A stretch of DNA of 64,000 bases, taken from the NCBI RefSeq assembly GCF_006345805.1, contig NC_043001.1:3100001-3164000 (forward strand), read 5' to 3'. The stretch is from Octopus sinensis (taxonomy: Eukaryota). A program made the translations under genes and the position numbers. The notes under the pieces are model-generated. The model did no database searches. It saw only the letters and a program-made list of their open reading frames with translations, and was not told the DNA's origin. Positions 55,831 through 64,000 of the stretch are shown here, in pieces (the stretch's first letter is position 1; every line of letters starts with the position of its first letter).

Positions 55831-56184
55831 TTCTTGACTGCAAACAAAATTCACGAATCGTTTATTGAGTTTCATTCTTGGCGTTGATAAAACATCCTCC
55901 ATTATATTTGCAGAGCAAATATCTTCGGATGCAAAACCCCTGCGCCGTCACCATTAGTTTGTGTGGATATAATGTGACTTCACAGCCAGACTAGTTTGAA
56001 CACGCGGAGCCCTTACTATATTTATTGTAAGGCAGATAATCGCTTCTAGATAAATCTTAAATCATGTATTTTAAATTCTTGATAAATCCTAAATTACGTA
56101 TTTTAAATTTCAGTGTAACGAAAAATATGCAATGAATACGAATATTTAATAATTTTATGTAGTTTTTACTCATAGTCATTTGTA

Positions 56185-56231
56185 GCCATTTACAGCACCA
56201 TTTCATCCTTATTCAGAATTATCAGAATGAC
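56185..56231 (-). ncRNA. Array HHR copy 4 (stem I intact, G8>A)
   Basis: GUCAUU CUGAUAA UUCU-GAAUAA-GGAU GAAAU GGUGCU GUA AAUGGC; 6-bp stem I. Confidence 0.6.
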
Positions 56232-56791
56232 ACATCCGGAGGCAAATATATTTTAGCGAATTAATCATTATACAAAGCTTGATAGATCTCAAGAGATTTA
56301 ATGGATTCTTTCTGAAATTTTGTATCTAAATCAAGATCGTTTACAGTTCAGTAATTGAGAGAGAAAGGAGAAGAGAAACAAAACAAAAAGCGAAGTGTTC
56401 TAATTCCTACATCATGAAAAAAGTTCATAAAACTTGTAATAATCCTGGCTCTAAATAAATTTCCCAAACTAATTTTGGTGCCCACATTCCGAGTTTAGGT
56501 AATATATTTCAGCTGATATTCCATTGGTGTTTATACTTGTTCATGCTGATAGGGACAATTTCCTCGAACATGTATCGTCTTGGCAATCACCAGCGGATCC
56601 TGTGGAAATAATTTAGAATTCACAGTCAGCTCATGGAGTGTCGCAGATGTTGTCAGGAATATAATTATTTCTAGATAAATCTTCAATCATGGTGAGGTGA
56701 GATCTTCGAATTTTGAACTTAAATGCAGTGAAAATTCACAGAATGTGCACAATAAATAATATTATATTCTTTTCTACTCATTACAAATTTC

Positions 56792-56834
<43 letters not shown>

Positions 56835-56851
56835 ACTCATTGTAATTGGAA

Positions 56852-56898
56852 GTCATGTTAAGCGCCATTTCATTCTTATCTGGAATCGTCGGTACGAC
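56852..56898 (-). ncRNA. Array HHR copy 5 (U4>C)
   Basis: GUCGUA CCGACGA UUCC-AGAUAA-GAAU GAAAU GGCGCU UAA CAUGAC. Confidence 0.5.
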
Positions 56899-57144
56899 AT
56901 AACCCAACGCAAAAAATATTCTAAAGTAGATTAAAAGTTTTACAAGATATTCACAGAATGCCTTTTTCCTCTTTTTTATCGATCGTTCGTAATTCAGAGA
57001 ATGTACGAAAAGGGGGAAAGAAATGGAAGCGACAAGAGATCTACATGTAGATTAATTACTTCCAGAATATTGCTAACTTGTGAAATCATTCCTAAATGTA
57101 GTTATTATATAAAATATATATATAAATGCGCCTTTTTTTTTTAA

Positions 57145-57350
57145 AGACTAGCCAGGTTCATAGGCGTATGTGTTTTCCAGCTGGACGGGATGCCAGTCCA
57201 TCGTAGCGTTTCTCATTTTTGCCAGCTCAATGGACTGAAGCAACGTGAAATGAAGTGTTTTGCTCACGAACACAACTCGTCGCCCGGTCCAGGAATCGAA
57301 ACCACAATCTTACGATCACGGTGCTAACACCCTAACAACTAGCCACGCAC
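57145..57350 (-). mobile_element. tRNA SINE inserted in the last array unit
   Basis: Reverse-complement head GTAGAGGTGCGTGGCTAGTTGTTAGGG..GGTTTCGATTCCTGGACC. Confidence 0.75.
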
Positions 57351-57702
57351 CTCTACGTAGTTATTATAATAGACGCTTTTGTGTCATAATTCTGAATGCA
57401 GATAATATATTTAGCTGTTATTCTATACTTGATTATCTTTCATTATGATTGCAAAGACAATTCGTTAGAACTTATAATGCCCTGTCTATCGCCATCTGTT
57501 AGACTGGGTCTAAATTAGAATTCACAACCAGGGCATTAGATATGTGCAACTCAGACAATCATACACACATACATACATTCATTCGTGCATGCGTACGTAC
57601 ATACATACGCACATGCATTAAAGTATGTTTGAGGCATGCAAGCATCGAGAAGTGAACTTTAAGGGACGATGAAGAATGATTGATAAGGATATATATTTAT
57701 TA

Positions 57703-57735
<33 letters not shown>

Positions 57736-57741
57736 AATCTA

Positions 57742-57794
<53 letters not shown>

Positions 57795-57827
57795 AATATT
57801 ATATATATATAATATATATATATATTA

Positions 57828-57858
<31 letters not shown>

Positions 57859-57927
57859 GTCCATATATATATATATATAATATATATATATATATATTAT
57901 ATATAATATAATATATATATGTCTGTC

Positions 57928-58228
57928 TGGAGGCGCATGCCTTAGTGGTTAGGGCAGCGGACTCGTGGTCGCGGGATCGTAGGTTCGAATCTCAAACTGA
58001 GCGATGTGTGTGTTTGTGAGCGAAACACCTAAGCTCTACGCGGATCCAGCAGAAGTTAATGGCGAACTTCTGCTGACACATTCGCCACAACTTTCTCTCA
58101 CTCTTTCCTCCTGCATCTTGCAGCTCACATGCGACGGACCGGCATCCCGTCTAGGTGGGGAACCTATACGCCAAGGAAACCGGGAAACCGGCCCTTATGA
58201 GCAAGGCGTGGCTAGAGAAGGAACAAAC
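57928..58228 (+). mobile_element. Family C SINE, 3' variant 3
   Basis: TGGAGGCGCATGCCTTAGTGGTTAGGGCAGCGGACTCG..GGTTCGAATC head; 3' GCGACGGACCGGCATCCCGTC..GGAAACCGGGAAACCGGCCCTTATGAG. Confidence 0.8.
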
Positions 58229-58882
58229 ATATGTCTGTCTGCCTCTGTGTGTATGTGTTTATGTGTGTGTGTGTGTGTGTGTGTGTGTTTTTGTGTATGT
58301 GTCTCTGCCCTTCTTTGAGCTCTCAATTCTCGATGCTACCAAACGGGCACCATACTGAGATATTACATATTTCAAGAATTTTAGGTGTGGCACGGCCCAT
58401 CCGTTTCGGTTCTCGTCACACCTCACTAATTAAAGGGGAAATGGATTTGGGAAAGTAGAAAGATGGAGAATCGTCCACAGTCGCTAAAGATCCAAGTGTA
58501 TAAATATTTTTCTGAGAAGTTTGTGAAATAATGATTTCATAATTTTAAATCCTGCTTGCAATTAATATTTTAAAATAATTAATAACTATTCATTGCAAAC
58601 ATTCATTAATTGTTTGTTAATTGTTATAAATTAATCTCTTTAAACTAAAATTACCTTTTATGAAGAATAGTAATAAAGTATCATTTCATTTGAAATACCA
58701 TTAAAATGCCTTTTGTAGAAGGAAACTGAAAGGAAGCCTGTTGTATAATGTATGCGTGTGCATGAGAGAAAGAGAGGGAGAGGAGAGAGAAAGGCAGTTT
58801 GTATGTTCATGCTTATGTTTTAGTGTTTGTTAAACAGACAAACGATGTAAAGTTAAGGCGATGATGGTAATGATGATGATGG

Positions 58883-58935
<53 letters not shown>

Positions 58936-59524
58936 ATCATCGTCGTCATCATCGTCATCATCATCATCTTCATCGTTTTAATATACAAGCGTTTGTCTGC
59001 GGCCGGATCCTTTTACTCACGCCGGCATGGGTTACACGAATATATTATTGAATACCTTTCCTGTCTCTAACCCTTCCTCTTTTTCAAGTGAGGTGTTTGT
59101 TATCCCACATGTATTTGCAGGCACAAAACCAGCGACTGCTTTGTTGACAGCAGAAATAAAATTGCTTAAATTGCTGAGAGGTGCAAATTTAAACATAAAA
59201 GCAAAAGAACTTTAACTTTCAGCCCGTCTATCTCTCCCTTCCTCTCTCACTCCCTCCACACACATACAGACATACACACACACACACAAACACCCCTACC
59301 CCCCACACACAAACACCCCTCCCCCCACACACACACAACAAGCTTCCTTTTAGCTTCCTTCTAAGAACGCATTGGTCGACTCTAGCTCTGGTAGAAGACG
59401 TTTGTCCAAAGTCCCTTATGGTGGTAATGAACTCCAGTACCCTGCGTTTGGTAAGTCCACCCCACCACAGACACACACTTTTGTCATGCAACTATACTTG
59501 CACCTGTATAGCAATGATAATGAA

Positions 59525-59930
59525 TTTTTAGTGGTGGTTGCGTGGTAAGAAGTCGCTTCCTAGGTTTCAGTTCCTCAGCGTGGCACCTTCGACAAGTATC
59601 TTCATTTATAGCCTCAGCCGACCAAAGCCTTGTGATTGAAATTGCTTGACGGAAACTGAGAGACCGAAATACCTACCTACCTACCTACCTACATACATAC
59701 ATACATACATGCGTGTGTGTGTGTCTATGTATGTGTTTGTGTGTGCTTCTGTCGGCGCTTGTCCGTCACTATTGCTTGACAACCGGTGTTGGCGTGTTTA
59801 TGTCCTCGAGCTGGTGGTTCGGCAAACGAGACCGACAGAACGAGCACCTGGCTTCTAGAAAACAAAATTCAGATTCGTTCTACAAAAATTCTCCAAGGTG
59901 GTGCCCCAGGGTGGCTAGAGTCAAATTCTG
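59525..59930 (+). mobile_element. Family B CORE-like SINE
   Basis: GACAAGTATCTTCATTTATAGCCTCAGCCGACCAAAGCCTTGTG; internal (CCTA/CATA/GT)n. Confidence 0.7.
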
Positions 59931-60299
59931 AGGGAAGTGGAAAATAAATGGATTAAATTTTTGCATTAGTGATGTCCGTCTCATTTCTTCAACGTTTCGC
60001 AAACAAGACGTGAATTGAAAGTATTGAATATGTCATCCCTGACCCTTTTACTGGCCCCTTTTTATGCTTATAACTCATGTGACGTCCTCAGTGAACTTTT
60101 GCAAGATTCGGAAGGGCGAGTCATGCTGTGCATTTTACTCCCGTGTTCTTAGCGCGTTTGAACGATGTCAGGTCTCTGAAACGCCCAATCAACTCACGAG
60201 GCCGTGAATATGTCAACACAGTCGCAACTCCTGTTTATGGCAATTTGGGTTACGCTGATGCAGGTCCTAAACCGGGTGAGACACGAGGAAGACAAGGAA

Positions 60300-60580
60300 A
60301 ATGATGACGATGACGATGATGAGGATGATGATGAGGAGGGGGTAGAGAGAGATAGTGGTTGTGGTTGTCATCGTCATTATCATCACCATCATCACCACCA
60401 CCACCAACACTGCCACTACCACCACCATCGTCACCATCACCACCACCATCACCACCACCATCACTACCACCCTCACCACCACCATCACTACCACCCTCAC
60501 CACCACCACCACTACCCTCACCACTATCAGCACCACTATCACTACCACCTTCTCCACCACCACTATCACTACCACCACAA
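60300..60580. repeat. Degenerate (GAT)n/(CAC/CAT)n tract
   Basis: Visible; source of the poly-His/Thr/Pro ORFs. Confidence 0.9.
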
Positions 60581-61087
60581 ATGGCAGTGAAATCTTATCT
60601 CAAAAAGATATAGTATATAAGTATATGCTGTTGAATGCGGTTCATAGGTGAATATACATGACTTGATGGTCACCACTGGAACGCTTCTGGTAATACTTAT
60701 TCTTTTATATTTTAGCATGGATATCGTGCCGGACGAAAGGCTTATCCCGGATGAAATGCTACTAAGCCTTTCGTCCGTCTTTACGTTCTGAGTTCAAATT
60801 GCACCGAGTAAAACATTGCTTTTCATCCTCGAGCACAGGGATCGATGTAATTGACTCGGCTCTCTCCTCGAAATTGATGGCCTTGTGTCAAGATTTGAAA
60901 CCAATATCGCTAGCTTGTGTCTAACCAACAATTTCATGAACAACAGATTGTTAGAGAATCAAAGAGTTTTGGTGAAAAAAATGCGATGTCAACTATTTTC
61001 AAAGGTTAGTCTGATTTCTACCCCTTCTTTACTTTTATTCCATAAAAGTAGCTATGTGTGTGCATGCGTGTCTATATACGCAATCAT

Positions 61088-61156
<69 letters not shown>

Positions 61157-61624
61157 TATATATAATTATATACACACACGTATACGTATATCTATAATCG
61201 ATATATATTCTGAATTAAGTGTAATGTAGATGTAAAAATGATTAAAAAAAGATAATAACAAATGATAGAAAAATAATTTCTCTAAGGCCTTCAAAGTAAG
61301 CCATATTATGTCTACAGATTACAAGCAAAATTCTAAGAAAACAGAAACGAAGAACAATAGTCACATAATTCCATATAAATTTATCTTTCTTTCGAGGTTA
61401 AATGCCAAAAGGAAATCATCCAAATATGCATTGTTAACATATTTTAAGCTTTCTATTTACAAAGCAATGTTAAAATAATAAATACAGATACCAGGAAGAT
61501 TATTATTTACAACTGCAGTCTTTTTATGGAAGAAAATATTTTCTGCTGACCGAGATTTTGGGGTCTCGATGACATTTCTTTTGTGGACTGATTAAAATGT
61601 ATGTTATATGATGAAATGGAAATA

Positions 61625-61794
61625 CATGTTGGCGCAGGCATAGCTCTTGGGTTTAATGGTCTGCTTAATAATGGGGTGGTTTTCAGATTTCATACCACTA
61701 TGTGACAACTTGGGCAAATGTTATCTTTCAGTAGCTACAGGCTGACAAAAATCTTGTGAGTGGATTCGGTAGAGAGAAACTGAAAGAATCTGTC

Positions 61795-61800
<6 letters not shown>
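61625..61800 (+). mobile_element. 5' arm of a family B SINE followed by (TA)n
   Basis: GGGCAAATGTTATCTTTCAGTAGC..CTTGTGAGTGGATTCGGTAGAGAGAAACTGAAAGAA. Confidence 0.7.
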
Positions 61801-61872
<72 letters not shown>

Positions 61873-61878
<6 letters not shown>

Positions 61879-62245
61879 ACAAGTCAAGATAGAAAATGCT
61901 AAAATAATTTTATAAAGAACATTTCAGTACCGGTTTCGGTCATTTTGAGACCTTTTCAACTGTAACAATTAAATAATTAAATTTAGAAAAATTAAAAGAA
62001 AAGTTTTTTTCAAAGTAATATTTGTATAGTGTTCAAATATAAGTAGCATTCTGCCTTTCTCTGTCTCCCTTGTTTGCACTTGTGTGTTCGAGGTCGTTGT
62101 GAATTCTTGGTAGGGTAGAAGAAGAAGAAGGTTGATGAGGAGATAATGGTGTCATTGAGACCCAAAGGTGTCAGGTAATGTTGAATAAGTGCTATAGACA
62201 GACCATAGTTAAGTTCCAGATTTGGTGATATTGCGAATAAAGTGT
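61873..62245 (-). mobile_element. Penelope-like element 3' fragment (GIY-YIG C-terminal remnant plus hammerhead)
   Basis: Minus translation IALIQHYLTPLGLND resembles the L.T..P.GLN end of PLE GIY-YIG endonucleases; the HHR follows. Confidence 0.65.
61925..61962 (-). ncRNA. Minimal hammerhead with U3-A8 core covariation
   Basis: CAG UUGAAAA GGUC-UCAAAAU-GACC GAAAC CG GUA CUG; stem III ACCGGU is palindromic. Confidence 0.65.
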
Positions 62246-62296
62246 TAAACGTTGGTTCTATGTCAGCGTGTGTATATACACTCAGCGTGTGTATAT

Positions 62297-63430
62297 ATCA
62301 GGTTGAGCAAGAGGTAAGCAACGTTTTGAAACATGAAATTCATCACAAAATATTTCAACAATGTAGAAATTCTATTCATCAAAGTAAGTACCATTGCAGC
62401 CAACATGTTACAAGTTTGTTTATTCCGGTTGCATTAAAATCTGGAGTTCTGGAGCTGATGAACTCTTTGAACACACTTTCAACATCGGTTTGACTTTTGA
62501 ACTTCTCTTGCAGGAAACTATCAACGTGCTGGAAAAAGTGGTAGTCGGTAGGAGAAAGGTCTGAGGAATAAGCTGTGTGGGAAAGAATATAGTAGCCAAG
62601 TTCCCTCAACTTGTTGAGCATCATTAGTGAAATGTGTATTCGAGCATTGTCATGAAGAATGATTCGCCCTCTTCTGTTGAGCAGTCTGAGACAAAGGAGT
62701 AGCAGTTTTTCGTTCATTTTAGTAATTTTATGACAATATGTTTCTGCAGTAATGGTTTTACCATATTTTAAGAAGCTATAGTCGAGGAGTCCAGCAGTAC
62801 ACCATCAAGCAGTCACCGTAACCTTTCTTTTGAAGAGCTTGGGTTTAAGGAAGGTTTTCGGTGCTTCATTTTGATTCAACCACTGCGAAAAACGTTTTTT
62901 TATTATTGTGCAGAATCCACTTTTCATCGCAAGTTACAATAAGGTCGAGAAATGGATCGGTGTTGGCACGGAGAAGAAGTGACGAGCAAATTTCATATCT
63001 GTGCATTTTCTAAATTTCATTCAAATCGTGTGGTACCCATTTGTCAAGCTTTTTGATTTACCGATTGCATGCAAATTATTGCAGGCAGTTTTCTGGCTAC
63101 CTTGAAGTCCTTTTGCCAGTTCTCCAGTGGTTTTTACGTGGATCTTTCTCAATGACGGTCTTTAATTTGTGGTCATCGATAACAGACGGGCGTCCATTAC
63201 GCTCACGACCTTTCGAGGCTCACGTCTCCACCGTGAAACCGTTTAAACCATTTTCGAACTGCGCACTCACTGGTCATTTCCTCACCAAGGGTTTCGCTGA
63301 AATCACGAGCAGATCCAGCTACTCTACGTCCTTTTTTTGAAGTTGAAATAGCAAAATTGCTCGAATATCGTGCTTTGAAAGTTCCATTTCAGATGATTGT
63401 AACAAAGGTGAAAAAAATATCTATGTTAAT
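62297..63430 (-). mobile_element. Decayed near full-length mariner (DD34D) element; transposase pseudogene ~62379-63387
   Basis: MELSKHDIRAILLF..AVRKWFKRF (HTH), KLDKWVPHDL, FLDLIVTCDEKWIL, HDNAR..(34 aa)..YSSDLSPTDYHFF; frameshifts and stops. Confidence 0.9.
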
Positions 63431-63545
63431 TTTTTTATGCATTTGGTTAAGTCTATGTCTGTATTATCAGACAATTGCAAAAAAAAAATGTTTAAAGAAT
63501 TTAATGCTGGCAGATGGAATTAACCGACCACCAGCCGTTTGCAAC

Positions 63546-63601
63546 GAACCACCACTGACGATGCCTACAGTATGGGCGAAACTAGGCCTATTCGGTTGGT
63601 C
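63546..63601 (+). ncRNA. Slightly degenerate type I hammerhead motif
   Basis: GAACCACCA CUGACGA U GCCUA-CAGUA-UGGGC GAAAC UAGGCCUA UUC GGUUGGUC. Confidence 0.55.
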
Positions 63602-63837
63602 TTAGCTACAGTCATGGAGAGGTTATCTCCTCTGTCGATATATGTATATATTTGGATTCTTCTTACAGAACTAAGAGTCATTTAACTCTTATTTCTAGCA
63701 ATGTAGGTGCTTTGGCAACCTTAGTCACAGTTAGTGACGATTAAAATTTTCCTTTATGGTATCACATTGCGCCTAGTTCCTAGCTGTTTATATTAATGTT
63801 TAGTATATGTGTGTGTGTGTGTGTGTGTGTATGCATA

Positions 63838-63939
<102 letters not shown>

Positions 63940-64000
63940 TATATGCATACATGATAATTATGATGAACATAAGATTATATAATTTGTTCCGACGTACGTT

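Larger units (their letters stand above)
52400..57545 (-). repeat. Old diverged tandem array of ~620-700-bp units, each with a hammerhead-like motif
   Basis: Anchor motif GATC.N.ATAGTTCA plus GA-rich tract at 52877, 53571, 54481, ~55118, 56335 and 56981; other motifs recur in the same order in each unit. Confidence 0.85.

Noticed and set aside
55975-56625. TTCACAGCCAGACT / TTCACAGTCAGCT resembling miR-2 family mature sequence
   Set aside because: The seed start differs from UAUCACAG, the arms are not conserved among units and the hairpins are too short.
57928-58000. tRNA-like sequences (also at 11250-11325, 37060-37135, 39110-39180)
   Set aside because: These are SINE heads without complete cloverleafs, each continuing into a repeat body.

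Overview
AT-rich, microsatellite-dense animal genomic DNA. The SINE, RTE, Penelope and mariner repertoire looks cephalopod (Octopus-like); that assignment is my recognition, not a database result. No intact, nameable protein-coding gene is present, and most listed ORFs are microsatellite artefacts. The window holds dozens of tRNA-derived SINE copies, a decayed RTE LINE, a near full-length decayed DD34D mariner, MITEs, a Helitron-like non-autonomous element, a 148-bp inverted-repeat element and a ~1.37-kb tandem duplication. A hand-assembled chain of phase-compatible minus-strand exons (0.4-22 kb) may belong to an unidentified gene. The main result is a high density of type I hammerhead ribozyme (HHR) motifs. 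At ~52.4-57.5 kb an old, diverged tandem array of ~620-700-bp units carries one minus-strand HHR motif per unit (six copies), resembling a retrozyme or ribozyme-satellite. At least six solitary HHRs of other families also occur, including an apparently intact GUC-cleaving one at 40385-40477 and a U3-A8 core-covariant one attached to a Penelope GIY-YIG remnant at 61925-61962. All structures were folded by eye, and repeat boundaries are approximate.
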